Shown in pieces: positions 20,954-33,098 of a DNA stretch of 64,000 bases. How positions within the stretch are numbered: position 1 is the stretch's first letter; each line of letters starts with the position of its first letter. The notes beneath the pieces are model-generated. The model did not search any database. It saw only the letters and a program-made list of their open reading frames with translations, and was not told the origin of the DNA. The position numbers were made by a program, and so were the translations under genes. Source of the stretch: Escherichia coli (GTDB lineage: Bacteria; Pseudomonadota; Gammaproteobacteria; Enterobacterales; Enterobacteriaceae); NCBI RefSeq assembly GCF_044324875.1, contig NZ_CP172185.1; one strand, 5' to 3'.

Positions 20954-22746
20954 AGACTGTCTCATAATCTTTGTCGAACAGGTTGGCTATTTTACCACGA
21001 ACTGTCAGATGAGAGGTGACCGGATACGCAACCGCAAGATCCCACAAGCTCACACCGCCCATTTTAACGGTTTGATAAGGATAAGATGAGTAATCCTTAT
21101 CATAGCGAGTGCCTAAATACTGATAAGTAATACCCCAGTCGAAGTCATACAATTGCCAGTCGAGCTGGTATTTCACCTGCTGTTTAGCACGGCGTAACAA
21201 CGGCACGTCGGTAATCGCATTACGCGCATCGACATAATCATAACTCACAGTATGCGTCAGTGGTCCGGTATCAAAATTGGCGGTCGCCTCGACGCCCTTA
21301 ATCCGCGCTTTCCCTTCGTTGTAATATTTCAGGGTGTGATCATCATAATCGATCAAATCACTGACATCGTTACGATATCCGGAAATACGCCAGTTCACCC
21401 CAGCGGTTAAGCCTTCAAACGCGCCTTCCCACTGTTTGCTTTTCTCAGGATTCAGATTCGGATTTCCGTAGAAACCATACAGTTGCCCAAGATTAGGTGC
21501 CTTGTACGACGTGCCATAAGAAGCGATAAAACGATAGCCTTCGATGAATTCCCAACCGGCACTCGTTTGCCAGGTTCCATGACGACCAAACTGTGAGTTA
21601 TCGTCGCTGCGGGCTGCGCCTTCAAACGTAAAATCGCCGACTTGTTGCAGCCCAGTCAGATATGATGCCGGTATTACGTTGATCATATCCATCCTTAACA
21701 TAAGCTGTGCCCGGTGCCGTGCTCTGCTTCTGCCAGTCAACGCCCGCACCAATATTACCGTGGCCAACGGTAACGTTATTTGCCCACTGGACGGTGTACT
21801 GCTTCATCTCATCCAGCGTCGCCGACGAATCATAACGACCATAATGGGGATCGTAGTTGTAATCTTTGCTATGGCTATAGCTGGTAATGAGTTGTGATTT
21901 AATCATTTCGCCGTTATAGCGCAGCCCGGCGTCCCAACTTTGGCTATAGAGTTTACGGGTATCGAGCAACGGTGAGCCGGGAGAATAATACGCGTCATAA
22001 TTGGTAAGGTTATCATAGCCATAGCCGCGCACAAAGCCGCTCCAGGCATCAGTAAAGTTATGCTCCAGCGCGCCATAAAGCGTTTTACTTAAAAAACCAT
22101 CGTTATCTGTCTGCGCTTGCGTTCCGGTATTACCATAGGCAACAACATCATAACCATGAGTATGGGCATAATCGCCCAACAGCGTTACCCGTGTCTTATC
22201 CCCCAGTTGTTGCTGCGTGGAGACATCATAGTTCTGATAACTATTGCTTCCCCACCCTGCTGAAATTTCCGTTCCGGGTTCATCGCGCGTCGTGATGATA
22301 TTCACCACCCCACCTATCGCATCGGAACCATAAACGGCGGAGCGCGGCCCACGGATATATTCAACACGCTGGACAAGCGCAATAGGGAACTGGCTAAGGT
22401 CGGCAGAACCACTCACCCCTGCCAGATTCAGGCGTACGCCATCAATTAACACCAACACATGACTGGCATTTGTACCGCGAATAAAAATAGATGAGAGCTG
22501 ACCTGAACCGCCGTTTTGGGTGATATCGACGCCCGGAAGACGGCGCAGCACATCATTGACCGAGGTCGACTGCCAGCGGTCGATATCCTGACGCGTCACA
22601 ACGGTGGTTGGTGCAAGCACAGTGCTGCGCGGCTGTTCAAAACGGTTAGCAGTAACAACGAGAGTATCCGGGCTGGTATCCTGTGCCCAAGCGGAAAAGG
22701 CTGTGACGGAAAACGCCGTCAGCAGCGAAGCTTTTTTAATCATTGT
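20898..22746 (-). pseudogene. btuB: TonB-dependent vitamin B12 / colicin E / phage BF23 outer-membrane receptor, interrupted by a +1 frameshift
   Basis: Two overlapping ORFs in different frames: 21622..22788 gives [37 protein letters not shown]...[10 protein letters not shown] then out-of-frame residues and a stop; 20898..21767 gives ...[24 protein letters not shown]...GSYTF. Span 20898..22746 is 1849 nt = 614 codons + stop + 1 extra nt. Confidence 0.85.
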
Positions 22747-22789
22747 AAAGCATCCACAATAGAAGAAGGATGCCGCAGGTTTCATCAAT

Positions 22790-23020
22790 ATTACGCGATG
22801 ATGAGAACCAGATGCGACGTTAGCCGGCAGGTCTTCGGGCTTGGAGGGGTATCTAAGATACTAAGAGATGATGACTTCCCACCGGATGGCAGTGTCCGCA
22901 TAACGCAATCATCGCACCTTTCCTTACCGCTGCGCGTCAGCTCCAGATTCGCACTGGATTCCCTATTAACTCACAGGACCGGCAAGTGGATGCTACAGGT
23001 TGTAACAAGTTACTGTCCAG
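22790..23020 (-). promoter_or_regulatory. btuB 5' leader: adenosylcobalamin (B12) riboswitch
   Basis: Reverse strand contains GCCGGTCCTGTGAGTTAATAGGGAATCCAGTGCGAATCTGGAGCTGACGCGCAGCGGTAAGGAAAGGTGCGATGATTGCGTTATGCGGACACTGCCATCCGGTGGGAAGTCATCATCTC..., the btuB leader. Confidence 0.85.
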
Positions 23021-23111
23021 ACGTAGCTCACAAATAGGAATTCATCAAGATCTGGACATCTGATGAGCAATCCCTACAATCGCCGCGTACTTTAATTTTT
23101 CAGGATACATC

Positions 23112-24212
23112 ATGACCCCCGAACACCTTCCAACAGAACAGTATGAAGCGCAGTTAGCCGAAAAAGTGGTACGTTTGCAAAGTATGATGGCACCGTTTTC
23201 TGACCTGGTTCCGGAAGTGTTTCGCTCGCCGGTCAGTCATTACCGGATGCGTGCGGAGTTCCGCATCTGGCACGATGGCGATGACCTGTATCACATCATT
23301 TTCGATCAACAAACCAAAAGCCGCATCCGCGTGGATAGCTTCCCCGCCGCCAGTGAACTTATCAACCAGTTGATGACGGCGATGATTGCGGGTGTGCGTA
23401 ATAATCCCGTTCTGCGCCACAAGTTGTTCCAGATTGATTACCTCACCACGCTGAGTAATCAGGCGGTGGTTTCCCTGCTGTACCATAAGAAGCTGGATGA
23501 TGAGTGGCGTCAGGAAGCGGAAGCCCTGCGCGATGCACTGCGCGCGCAGAATCTGAATGTGCATCTGATTGGTCGGGCAACGAAAACCAAAATCGCGCTG
23601 GATCAGGATTACATCGACGAACGTCTGCCGATCGCGGGGAAAGAGATGATCTACCGTCAGGTAGAAAACAGCTTTACCCAGCCGAACGCGGCGATGAATA
23701 TTCAGATGCTGGAATGGGCGCTGGACGTCACCAAAGGCTCAAAAGGCGATTTACTGGAGCTGTACTGCGGCAACGGTAACTTTTCATTAGCACTGGCGCG
23801 CAATTTTGATCGGGTATTAGCCACCGAAATCGCTAAGCCGTCGGTCGCTGCCGCGCAATACAACATTGCCGCTAACCATATTGATAACGTACAAATTATT
23901 CGTATGGCGGCAGAAGAATTTACTCAGGCGATGAATGGCGTACGCGAGTTTAACCGCCTGCAAGGGATCGATTTAAAGAGTTATCAGTGCGAAACCATTT
24001 TTGTCGACCCACCACGCAGCGGTCTGGACGGTGAAACCGAGAAAATGGTGCAGGCGTATCCACGTATTCTGTATATCTCCTGCAATCCGGAAACGTTATG
24101 CAAGAATCTGGAAACATTAAGCCAGACGCACAAGGTTGAACGTCTGGCTCTGTTTGATCAGTTCCCCTACACGCACCATATGGAGTGCGGCGTATTACTG
24201 ACCGCGAAGTAA
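23112..24212 (+). CDS. trmA: tRNA (uracil54-C5)-methyltransferase
   Basis: ORF translation [80 protein letters not shown]..., 366 aa. Confidence 0.96.
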   Translation: MTPEHLPTEQYEAQLAEKVVRLQSMMAPFSDLVPEVFRSPVSHYRMRAEFRIWHDGDDLYHIIFDQQTKSRIRVDSFPAASELINQLMTAMIAGVRNNPVLRHKLFQIDYLTTLSNQAVVSLLYHKKLDDEWRQEAEALRDALRAQNLNVHLIGRATKTKIALDQDYIDERLPIAGKEMIYRQVENSFTQPNAAMNIQMLEWALDVTKGSKGDLLELYCGNGNFSLALARNFDRVLATEIAKPSVAAAQYNIAANHIDNVQIIRMAAEEFTQAMNGVREFNRLQGIDLKSYQCETIFVDPPRSGLDGETEKMVQAYPRILYISCNPETLCKNLETLSQTHKVERLALFDQFPYTHHMECGVLLTAK

Positions 24213-24217
24213 AACCC

Positions 24218-24245
24218 ATGCCGGATGCATCAGCATCCGGCATGA
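24218..24245. terminator. Bidirectional hairpin between convergent trmA and yijD
   Basis: Perfect palindrome ATGCCGGATGCATCAGCATCCGGCAT directly after the trmA stop; could equally be a REP-type palindrome. Confidence 0.55.
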
Positions 24246-24251
24246 TTCCGA

Positions 24252-24611
24252 TTACTCAGCAACTTCCTGCTTACGGTTACGCATCTTCGCGCCAATCCAG
24301 AACACCATAATGACGGAGAGTACTGCCGGGAAGAAGTTAGAGCCGATATCCGGATACTCCGCACGAACTACCGTGCTGTACAGCAGTACGCCGAGAATAA
24401 AACAGGCAGCAGCCAGACCCGGCAAGCCTACCGGCATGGTGCGATTAAGATAACGTTGATGCAGGCAATAAACCGTCAGCACCAGGGAAATAATCGGGAA
24501 TACAGAAAATGGCACAATGGAGCTAAACAGCGCTGCGAAAGTACCATTAATCGATAAGCCAGCCACCAGCGCCAGCAGCAGCGTACCTCTATCTTGATTT
24601 GCTTGTTTCAT
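24252..24611 (-). CDS. yijD: Inner-membrane protein YijD (DUF1422)
   Basis: ORF translation [90 protein letters not shown]..., 119 aa; hydrophobic. Confidence 0.93.
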
Positions 24612-25258
24612 TACTCGTCCTTCACATTTCCCGGAATAATTGCGGTTTTCTCTTGTTCACGGCGATACCAGTAATAAGCCCCTTTCGAAATCATTCGCAG
24701 TTGCAGTACCAGTCGCTCTTCTAATTGCCGACGTTGTTCGACGCCGACGTCCAACGCCTCGGCCCCCGCACTGAAGACAATCGTCACCATGGCTTCGGCT
24801 TGCGCTTCAGTAAACGCACGCGGCATATGGTTTTCGAGTTCCAGATAGTCCGCAAGTTCCGCAATGAAGTGCTGAATTTCACGCGCAACGGCGGCACGAA
24901 ACGCAGCGGAGGTGCCGGAGCGTTCCCGCAATAATAACCGGAAGGCGTTAGGATTATTACCGATGAACTCCATAAATGTGGAGACCGAGGTACGGATCAC
25001 ACTCCCGCCTTTGGCGATACGCTGACGCGCCTGGCGCATGAGTTGGCGTAGCATTAAACCGCTCTCATCAACCATGGTCAGACCCAGTTCGTCTACGTCG
25101 CGGAAATGCCGATAAAAAGAGGTGGGAGCAATGCCCGCTTCACGCGCCACTTCACGCAAACTCAGGCTGGCGAAGCTGCGTTCAGCACTTAATTGGCTAA
25201 ATGCGGCTTCCACCAGCGAACGGCGGGTTTTTTCTTTTTGTTGCGCTCTTACGCCCAT
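24611..25258 (-). CDS. fabR: TetR-family repressor of unsaturated fatty acid biosynthesis
   Basis: ORF 24611..25354 contains [62 protein letters not shown]...; start placed at MGVRAQQ (215 codons); an alternative upstream ATG at 25315 would give 234 codons. Confidence 0.9.
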
Positions 25259-25592
25259 CACGATGTCTGAATCCTTGCCAAAAGTACTGCTGGCACTATA
25301 CCAGAGAATGAACATACTGGATTGCTCCAGTGTTGTGAATGAACGGTAACGCAATAAAACATATTTACTGCAATTCTTTGGCCGGTTCTTTTACGTACAA
25401 CGGAAACCTGCCGCTTAAACGGAGAGTATCGTCGATAAAAATCCAATAAAACGTTCAGGTCAAAAGTAAGAAACAGACAAAGCAAAGGCCGCTCACGATA
25501 TAGCCAGATAAATGACGGGGATCAATTGGCTTACCCGCGATAAAATGTTACCATTCTGTTGCTTTTATGTATAAGAACAGGTAAGCCCTACC

Positions 25593-26993
25593 ATGCCACA
25601 TTCCTACGATTACGATGCCATAGTAATAGGTTCCGGCCCCGGCGGCGAAGGCGCTGCAATGGGCCTGGTTAAGCAAGGTGCGCGCGTCGCAGTTATCGAG
25701 CGTTATCAAAATGTTGGCGGCGGTTGCACCCACTGGGGTACCATCCCGTCGAAAGCTCTCCGTCACGCCGTCAGCCGCATTATAGAATTTAATCAAAACC
25801 CACTATACAGCGACCATTCGCGACTGCTCCGCTCTTCTTTTGCCGATATCCTTAACCATGCCGATAACGTGATTAATCAACAAACGCGCATGCGTCAGGG
25901 ATTTTACGAACGTAATCACTGTGAAATATTGCAGGGGAACGCTCGCTTTGTTGACGAGCACACGCTGGCGCTGGATTGCCCGGACGGCAGCGTCGAGACA
26001 CTAACCGCTGAAAAATTTGTTATTGCTTGCGGCTCTCGTCCATATCATCCAACAGATGTTGATTTCACGCATCCACGCATTTACGACAGCGACTCAATTC
26101 TTAGCATGCACCACGAACCGCGCCATGTACTTATCTATGGTGCTGGAGTGATCGGCTGTGAATATGCGTCGATCTTCCGCGGTATGGATGTAAAAGTGGA
26201 TCTGATCAACACCCGCGATCGCCTGCTGGCATTTCTCGATCAAGAGATGTCAGATTCTCTCTCCTATCACTTCTGGAACAGTGGCGTAGTGATTCGTCAC
26301 AACGAAGAGTACGAGAAGATCGAAGGCTGTGACGACGGTGTGATCATGCATCTGAAGTCGGGCAAAAAACTGAAAGCTGACTGTCTGCTCTATGCCAACG
26401 GTCGCACGGGTAATACCGATTCGCTGGCGTTACAGAACATTGGGTTGGAAACTGACAGTCGTGGACAGCTGAAGGTCAACAGCATGTATCAGACCGCGCA
26501 GCCGCACGTTTACGCGGTGGGCGACGTGATTGGTTATCCGAGTCTGGCGTCGGCAGCCTATGACCAGGGGCGCATTGCCGCGCAGGCGCTGGTGAAAGGT
26601 GAAGCCACCGCACATCTGATTGAAGATATCCCTACCGGCATTTACACCATCCCGGAAATCAGCTCTGTGGGCAAAACCGAACAGCAGCTGACCGCGATGA
26701 AAGTGCCATATGAAGTGGGCCGCGCCCAGTTCAAACATCTGGCACGCGCACAAATCGTCGGCATGAACGTGGGCACGCTGAAAATTTTGTTCCATCGGGA
26801 AACAAAAGAGATTCTGGGCATTCACTGCTTTGGCGAGCGCGCTGCCGAAATTATTCATATCGGTCAGGCGATTATGGAACAGAAAGGTGGCGGCAACACT
26901 ATTGAGTACTTCGTCAACACCACCTTTAACTACCCGACGATGGCAGAAGCCTATCGGGTAGCTGCGCTAAATGGCTTAAACCGCCTGTTTTAA
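25593..26993 (+). CDS. sthA: Soluble pyridine nucleotide transhydrogenase
   Basis: ORF translation [75 protein letters not shown]..., 466 aa. Confidence 0.96.
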
Positions 26994-27893
26994 CACTTTA
27001 TCGAAATGGCCATCCATTCTTGCGCGGATGGCCTCTGCCAGCTGCTCATAGCGGCTGCGCAGCGGTGAGCCAGGACGATAAACCAGGCCAATAGTGCGGC
27101 GAGGTTCCGGCTTAATACACGGCAAATAAACAACCCCATCGCGTTTGCGCTCCGGCGGCACAGCCAGTGCAGGCAGTAAAGTGATCCCGCTACCTGCCGC
27201 CACCATGTTGCGCAGCGTCTCCAGGCTGGTCGCGCGGAAGTGTGTATCTTCATCCGCCCCGGCTTCAAAGCAGAAACCCATTGCCTGATCGCGCAAACAG
27301 TGACCGTCTTCCAGCATCAGCAGTTTTTCCCCTGCCAGATCGGCCATCGGTACGCATTCGCGGTTCGCCCACGGGTGATCTTCATAGATAGCCAGCAACA
27401 TTGGCTCATCAAACAACGGCACTTCAATGAATGCTTCGCTCTCTTTCACCAGCGCGAGGATCACGCAATCGAGCTTGCCGCTGTCCAGTTGCGCCAGTAA
27501 CTGGTGGGTCTGTGCTTCATGCAGATACATTTCCAGCTTTGGAAAGGTCTGGTGCAGCATCGGGATAATATGCGGTAGCAGGTACGGTCCAACCGTGGGA
27601 ATCAAACCAATATGCAGCGGTCCGGACATCGTCTCGCCCTGCTGGCTTGCCATCTCTTTAAGGACTTTCACCTCACGCAGCACGGTACGCGCCTGATCCA
27701 CCAGCAGCATTCCCGCCTGGGTGAACAACACTTTACGGCTGGTCCGCTCCAGCAACATCACGCCCAACTCATCTTCCAGCTTACGAATTTGCCCGCTAAG
27801 CGTCGGCTGGCTAACGTGGCAGGAATCTGCCGCACGCCGAAAATGGCGGTGTTCGGCCAATGCCACCAGGTACTCAAGATCACGAATATTCAT
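26976..27893 (-). CDS. oxyR: LysR-family hydrogen peroxide-inducible regulator
   Basis: ORF 26976..27938 contains [67 protein letters not shown]...; start placed at MNIRDLEY (305 codons). Confidence 0.95.
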   Translation of the reverse strand: MNIRDLEYLVALAEHRHFRRAADSCHVSQPTLSGQIRKLEDELGVMLLERTSRKVLFTQAGMLLVDQARTVLREVKVLKEMASQQGETMSGPLHIGLIPTVGPYLLPHIIPMLHQTFPKLEMYLHEAQTHQLLAQLDSGKLDCVILALVKESEAFIEVPLFDEPMLLAIYEDHPWANRECVPMADLAGEKLLMLEDGHCLRDQAMGFCFEAGADEDTHFRATSLETLRNMVAAGSGITLLPALAVPPERKRDGVVYLPCIKPEPRRTIGLVYRPGSPLRSRYEQLAEAIRARMDGHFDKVLKQAV

Positions 27894-27988
27894 TATCCAT
27901 CCTCCATTGCCACGATAGTTCGCGGCGATAGGTAGCATAGCAACGAACGATTATCCCTATCAAGCATTCTGACTGATAATTGCTCACA

Positions 27989-28104
27989 GAAACGGAGCGG
28001 CACCTCTTTTAACCCTTGAAGTCACTGCCCGTTTCGAGAGTTTCTCAACTCGAATAACTAAAGCCAACGTGAACTTTTGCGGATCTCCAGGATCCGCTTT
28101 TTTT
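27989..28104 (+). ncRNA. oxyS: OxyS small regulatory RNA, divergent from oxyR
   Basis: GAAACGGAGCGGCACCTCTTTTAACCCTTGAAGTCACTGCCCGTTTCGAGAGTTTCTCAACTCGAATAACTAAAGCCAACGTGAACTTTTGCGGATCTCCAGGATCCGCTTTTTTTT with 3' hairpin plus U-tract. Confidence 0.85.
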
Positions 28105-28159
28105 TGCCATAAAAAAGCCCGGCGATAAGCCAGGCTCAAATTTGTACATATAAATGTTC

Positions 28160-29533
28160 TTACCCCAACCGAGCCTGCGCAAAAGCAATCGCCTGCGCCA
28201 CCTGCTGCGGTGAGACGCCGCCTTTTGCCGCACGCTTGTCGAGGCACGATTGTAGCGACAAAATCGGATAGACATCTTCGCCAATCACCTGACTGAATTT
28301 CTGCAACTCACTGAGCGGTAGTTCTTCCAGCGGTTTGCCCTGACGAATGGCTTCCACCACCGCTTCACCAACAATATGGTGCGCCTCGCGGAACGGTACG
28401 CCTTTCGCCACCAGGTAATCCGCCAGTTCAGTGGCGTTGGCGTACCCCTGCTGAGCCGCTTCCTGGCAACGCGGACGTTTCACCTGAATGCCGTCCAGCA
28501 CCAGCGCCGCCATATGCAGGCAGTCCAGCCAGGTATCGAGCGCGTCGAACAGACCTTCTTTGTCTTCCTGCATATCTTTGTTGTAAGCCAGCGGCAAACC
28601 TTTCAGCGTCATCATCATGCCGGTTAACGCGCCCTGCACCCGACCGCATTTACCGCGAATCAGCTCCAGCGCATCCGGGTTTTTCTTCTGCGGCATCAAT
28701 GATGAACCGGAAGTCACGCGGTCAGAAAGCTCGACAAACCCCGCTTCGCCGGTGTTAAAGAAAATCAGATCTTCAGCAAAACGCGACAGATGCACCATGC
28801 CGATAGCGGCAGCAGACAGCAGTTCCAGCACGTGGTCACGGTCAGAAACGCTGTCGAGACTGTTACGGGTCGCTGAGGCAAATCCCAGCCAGCCTGCTAA
28901 TTGTTCACGGTCGATTTCATAGGCCGTTCCCGCCAGCGCGCCACAGCCTAGCGGGCTGACATCCAGACGCTTAAGTGCATCCTGCAAGCGGCTTTCATCA
29001 CGCGCCAACATCTCAACATAGGCCAGGCACCAGTGCGCGAACGTCACCGGCTGGGCGCGTTGCAGGTGAGTGTAACCTGGCATCACCGCGTCCTGATTGT
29101 TTTGTGCGGTTTCCACCAGCGCCGATTGCAGCTGCCGGTTAGCCGTCAGCAACTCGCTAACGGTATCTTTGCACCACAGTTTCAGGTCAGTCGCTACCTG
29201 ATCATTACGGCTACGCCCGGTGTGCAGTTTTTTGCCTAACTGACCCACTTTGTCGATCAGTTTGCCTTCCACCCAGCTATGGATATCTTCGGCGTCGCTT
29301 TCGAGGATTTGTTGTGGCCTGGCGCGAACATCTTCCAGCAGCACGTTCAGCGCCTCTTCCAGTTGCGCCTGCTCTTCTGCGGTTAACACGCCGACCGTTA
29401 CCAGGGCTTTGGACCAGGCCACAGAGCCAACAATATCCTGCTCCGCCAGACGGTAATCAAAGCGCAGTGAGTCGTTGAATTGTTTGAACCGTTGATCTGC
29501 TGCCTGGGTAAAACGCCCGCCCCAAAGTGCCAT
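28160..29533 (-). CDS. argH: Argininosuccinate lyase
   Basis: ORF translation [97 protein letters not shown]..., 457 aa. Confidence 0.96.
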   Translation of the reverse strand: MALWGGRFTQAADQRFKQFNDSLRFDYRLAEQDIVGSVAWSKALVTVGVLTAEEQAQLEEALNVLLEDVRARPQQILESDAEDIHSWVEGKLIDKVGQLGKKLHTGRSRNDQVATDLKLWCKDTVSELLTANRQLQSALVETAQNNQDAVMPGYTHLQRAQPVTFAHWCLAYVEMLARDESRLQDALKRLDVSPLGCGALAGTAYEIDREQLAGWLGFASATRNSLDSVSDRDHVLELLSAAAIGMVHLSRFAEDLIFFNTGEAGFVELSDRVTSGSSLMPQKKNPDALELIRGKCGRVQGALTGMMMTLKGLPLAYNKDMQEDKEGLFDALDTWLDCLHMAALVLDGIQVKRPRCQEAAQQGYANATELADYLVAKGVPFREAHHIVGEAVVEAIRQGKPLEELPLSELQKFSQVIGEDVYPILSLQSCLDKRAAKGGVSPQQVAQAIAFAQARLG

Positions 29534-29593
29534 AACTCTGTTTCCTTATTTTGAAATTCAATGCCGGAAAGCTGCGCCTCCGGCTAACAAAAC

Positions 29594-30370
29594 TTAAGCT
29601 AAAATCCGCGTACCCATCGGCATACCGTTAAACAGTGCCGGAAGTTGTTCCGCATGACGCCAGGAGGCGATATCTACCGGACGGCCCAGCGTGCGCGCAG
29701 CATCCAGCGCCGCGTTCACTTTCACTATCATGCCGTCAGTAATAATGCCCTGCTCAATCAGTTGTTCTGCTTTCGCGGCGGTCATTTCGGCAATGCGTTG
29801 CCCTTTGCCGTCGAGAATGCCACTGACGTCGGAGAGCAAAATCAGATCCGCGCCCAGCGTTGCCGCCAGCGCCGTCGCCGCCTGGTCGGCATTGACGTTC
29901 ATCAGTTGCCCTTCGTCTGTTACGCCAATCGAGCTGACCACCGGCAGATAACCGTTTTCCAGCAATGTATTGATAAGCTTAGGCGAACCTGGCTGCGCCA
30001 GTCCAACATGGCCTAACTCTTCATCAAGCTGGATCACTTTGACGCTGTCGCCGTCACCGAGAAACAAACCTACGGACGCAATCTGATGTTTCTTCGCCCA
30101 TGCCAGCAGGGTTTTATTTGCCGTTCCCGCCAGTGCTCCGGTGATAATGTTTATCTGATCCGCTGGCGTCACCCGCAGGCCATTTTTCTTTTTCACCGGC
30201 AGATTCAGCCCTTTCATCAGCTCATCCACCACGCAGCCGCCACCGTGGACAATCACCAGCGGACGCTGATGCGACTCACGATAATTCACCAGGGCGCTAA
30301 ACAGACGTTCCAGCGCCTCTTCACTATCCAGCAGTACGCCGCCCAGTTTGATAATTAATGGATTCATCAT
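29594..30370 (-). CDS. argB: Acetylglutamate kinase
   Basis: ORF 29594..30403 contains [69 protein letters not shown]...; start placed at MMNPL (258 codons). Confidence 0.93.
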   Translation of the reverse strand: MMNPLIIKLGGVLLDSEEALERLFSALVNYRESHQRPLVIVHGGGCVVDELMKGLNLPVKKKNGLRVTPADQINIITGALAGTANKTLLAWAKKHQIASVGLFLGDGDSVKVIQLDEELGHVGLAQPGSPKLINTLLENGYLPVVSSIGVTDEGQLMNVNADQAATALAATLGADLILLSDVSGILDGKGQRIAEMTAAKAEQLIEQGIITDGMIVKVNAALDAARTLGRPVDIASWRHAEQLPALFNGMPMGTRILA

Positions 30371-30377
30371 TGCACCC

Positions 30378-31382
30378 TTAAATAAGAGACTGCGTTTCCG
30401 CATAGCCGAAACGTATATTGGCGCACTGTACCGCTTGTGCCGCCGCGCCTTTCAGTAAGTTGTCTTCGGTCGCCACAATAATCAAATGCTCGCCCTGAAC
30501 GGCAAACCCGATATCGCAAAATGGCAGCCCAACGACATTTTTCAGCGCCGGAACGCCTTTGTCATACAGCCGCACCAGCGGTTTATGGGCATACGCCTGC
30601 TGTAACGCTTGCGCGACTTGCGCCTGGGTCACACCCGATTTCAGGCGGCAGGTAATGGTTTCGAGAATGCCGCGCGGGAAATTGCCCAGATGTGGGGTGA
30701 AGATAACGTCAGCACCGAGGTGTGTGGCGATCTCTGGTTGATGGCGATGAGTAAAGACGCCATACGGTTGCAGGCTAACTTCACAAAAACTATTTGAAAT
30801 CGCTGCCTTACGTCCTGCACCGCTCACGCCGCTGGTGGCGTTGATCACCGGCCACTGATTGAGGTTAAGAAGATCGGCATCAATCAACGGTTTCAGCGCC
30901 AGCTGTGCCGCCGTCGGATAACAGCCTGGCACGGCAATCAAGTTCGCTTCTTTTAATTTATTACCGCACCACTCGGCCAGACCGTAGGCTGCCTGTTCCA
31001 GCAGTTCCGGATACTGATGGGTAAAGCCGTAATATTTTTCATAGAAGGTGGCGTCGTTAACACGAAACGCGCCGGAAAGGTCGAACACCACGCAGCCGGC
31101 TTCAAGAAATTGCGGCGCTAAATCGTGGCTAACTTCATGGGCGGTGGCGAGAAACACCACGTCCACCCCTGGGCTAAACTCGCTGATATCCGACATCGGC
31201 TGCAACGGCAGATCAACGATGCCTTTTAGCTGCGGATGCAAATCGGAGATTAACTTTCCCGCATCATTGCTTTGCGCTGAAACAGTCAAAGCGGTTATGT
31301 TCATATGCGGATGGCGATTTACATAGGTCACTAGCTCTGCGCCAGCGTAGCCGCTGGCACCCACAATCAGCGTATTCAACAT
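30378..31382 (-). CDS. argC: N-acetyl-gamma-glutamyl-phosphate reductase
   Basis: ORF translation [92 protein letters not shown]..., 334 aa. Confidence 0.96.
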   Translation of the reverse strand: MLNTLIVGASGYAGAELVTYVNRHPHMNITALTVSAQSNDAGKLISDLHPQLKGIVDLPLQPMSDISEFSPGVDVVFLATAHEVSHDLAPQFLEAGCVVFDLSGAFRVNDATFYEKYYGFTHQYPELLEQAAYGLAEWCGNKLKEANLIAVPGCYPTAAQLALKPLIDADLLNLNQWPVINATSGVSGAGRKAAISNSFCEVSLQPYGVFTHRHQPEIATHLGADVIFTPHLGNFPRGILETITCRLKSGVTQAQVAQALQQAYAHKPLVRLYDKGVPALKNVVGLPFCDIGFAVQGEHLIIVATEDNLLKGAAAQAVQCANIRFGYAETQSLI

Positions 31383-31535
31383 CGGGGCTATTCACCTTCT
31401 TATGTCTGGTTGCCAGGTTAAACGTAAAACATTCACCTTACGGCTGGTGGGTTTTATTACGCTCAACGTTAGTGTATTTTTATTCATAAATACTGCATGA
31501 ATATTGATACTATCATGACCAGAGGTGTGTCAACA
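31383..31535. promoter_or_regulatory. Divergent argE / argCBH control region with ArgR operator (ARG boxes)
   Basis: Intergenic region between divergent argC and argE containing AT-rich ARG-box-like palindromes around 31470..31510 (TTATTCATAAATACTGCATGAATATTGATACT). Confidence 0.75.
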
Positions 31536-32687
31536 ATGAAAAACAAATTACCGCCATTTATCGAGATTTACCGTGCTCTGATTGCCACACCTTCAATAAG
31601 CGCCACGGAAGAGGCACTCGATCAAAGCAATGCAGATTTAATCACTCTGCTGGCGGACTGGTTTAAAGATTTAGGCTTCAATGTGGAAGTGCAGCCTGTG
31701 CCAGGAACTCGCAACAAATTTAATATGCTGGCAAGTACCGGACAGGGGGCTGGCGGTTTGTTGCTGGCGGGGCATACCGATACGGTGCCATTTGATGACG
31801 GACGCTGGACGCGCGATCCGTTTACACTGACGGAGCATGACGGCAAGCTTTACGGCTTAGGCACCGCCGACATGAAAGGCTTTTTTGCGTTTATCCTTGA
31901 TGCGCTACGCGATGTCGACGTCACGAAACTGAAAAAACCGCTCTACATTCTGGCGACTGCCGATGAAGAAACCAGTATGGCCGGAGCGCGCTATTTTGCC
32001 GAAACTACCGCCCTGCGCCCGGATTGCGCCATCATTGGCGAACCGACGTCACTACAACCGGTACGCGCACATAAAGGTCATATCTCTAACGCCATCCGTA
32101 TTCAGGGCCAGTCGGGCCACTCCAGCGATCCAGCACGCGGAGTTAACGCTATCGAACTGATGCACGACGCCATCGGGCATATTTTGCAATTGCGCGATAA
32201 GCTGAAAGAACGTTATCACTACGAAGCGTTTACCGTGCCATACCCTACGCTCAACCTCGGGCATATTCACGGTGGCGATGCATCTAACCGTATTTGCGCT
32301 TGCTGTGAATTGCATATGGATATTCGTCCGCTACCGGGCATGACACTCAACGAGCTAAACGGTTTGCTCAACGACGCGCTGGCTCCGGTGAGCGAACGCT
32401 GGCCGGGTCGTCTGACGGTCGACGAGCTGCATCCGCCGATCCCTGGCTATGAATGCCCACCAAATCATCAACTGGTTGAAGTGGTTGAGAAATTGCTCGG
32501 AGCAAAGACCGAAGTGGTGAATTACTGTACCGAAGCGCCGTTTATTCAAACGTTATGCCCGACGCTGGTTCTGGGGCCGGGTTCCATCAATCAAGCCCAT
32601 CAGCCTGATGAATATCTGGAGACGAGGTTTATCAAGCCCACCCGTGAGCTGATCACCCAGGTAATTCACCATTTTTGCTGGCATTAA
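31536..32687 (+). CDS. argE: Acetylornithine deacetylase
   Basis: ORF 31497..32687 contains [67 protein letters not shown]...; start placed at MKNKLPP (383 codons). Confidence 0.94.
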   Translation: MKNKLPPFIEIYRALIATPSISATEEALDQSNADLITLLADWFKDLGFNVEVQPVPGTRNKFNMLASTGQGAGGLLLAGHTDTVPFDDGRWTRDPFTLTEHDGKLYGLGTADMKGFFAFILDALRDVDVTKLKKPLYILATADEETSMAGARYFAETTALRPDCAIIGEPTSLQPVRAHKGHISNAIRIQGQSGHSSDPARGVNAIELMHDAIGHILQLRDKLKERYHYEAFTVPYPTLNLGHIHGGDASNRICACCELHMDIRPLPGMTLNELNGLLNDALAPVSERWPGRLTVDELHPPIPGYECPPNHQLVEVVEKLLGAKTEVVNYCTEAPFIQTLCPTLVLGPGSINQAHQPDEYLETRFIKPTRELITQVIHHFCWH

Positions 32688-32730
32688 AAAAGCAAATCAG
32701 GCTGATGACAAAGCCATGCAAGCGCACGGA

Positions 32731-32778
32731 CAGTCCCCTCGCCCCTTCGGGGAGAGGGTTAGGGTGAGGGGAAAACCG
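32731..32778. repeat. GC-rich intergenic repeat unit (boxC-like family)
   Basis: CAGTCCCCTCGCCCCTTCGGGGAGAGGGTTAGGGTGAGGGGAAAACCG downstream of argE; same motif family recurs at 48275..48384. Confidence 0.6.
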
Positions 32779-33098
32779 TGCCCATACTGACCCGTAAGCG
32801 AGTTTGTCAGCAATCTCAAATGATGCCCAAATGGTAACTACAACTCATAACTCTTTGGTGTTACTTGAGGCGATTTTTTAACATTTCCATAAGTTACGCT
32901 TATTTAAAGCGTCGTGAATTTAATGGCGTAAATTCCTGCTATTTATTCGTTTGCTGAAGCGATTTCGCAGCATTTGACGTCACCGCTTTTACGTGGCTTT
33001 ATAAAAGACGACGAAAAGCAAAGCCCGAGCATATTCGCGCCAATGCGACGTGAAGGATACAGGGCTATCAAACGATAAGATGGGGTGTCTGGGGTAAT

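Noticed and set aside
22516-23037. 173-aa + strand ORF upstream of trmA
   Set aside because: Overlaps the btuB start and the B12 riboswitch leader on the opposite strand; the region is accounted for by the btuB 5' UTR and there is no convincing translation signal.
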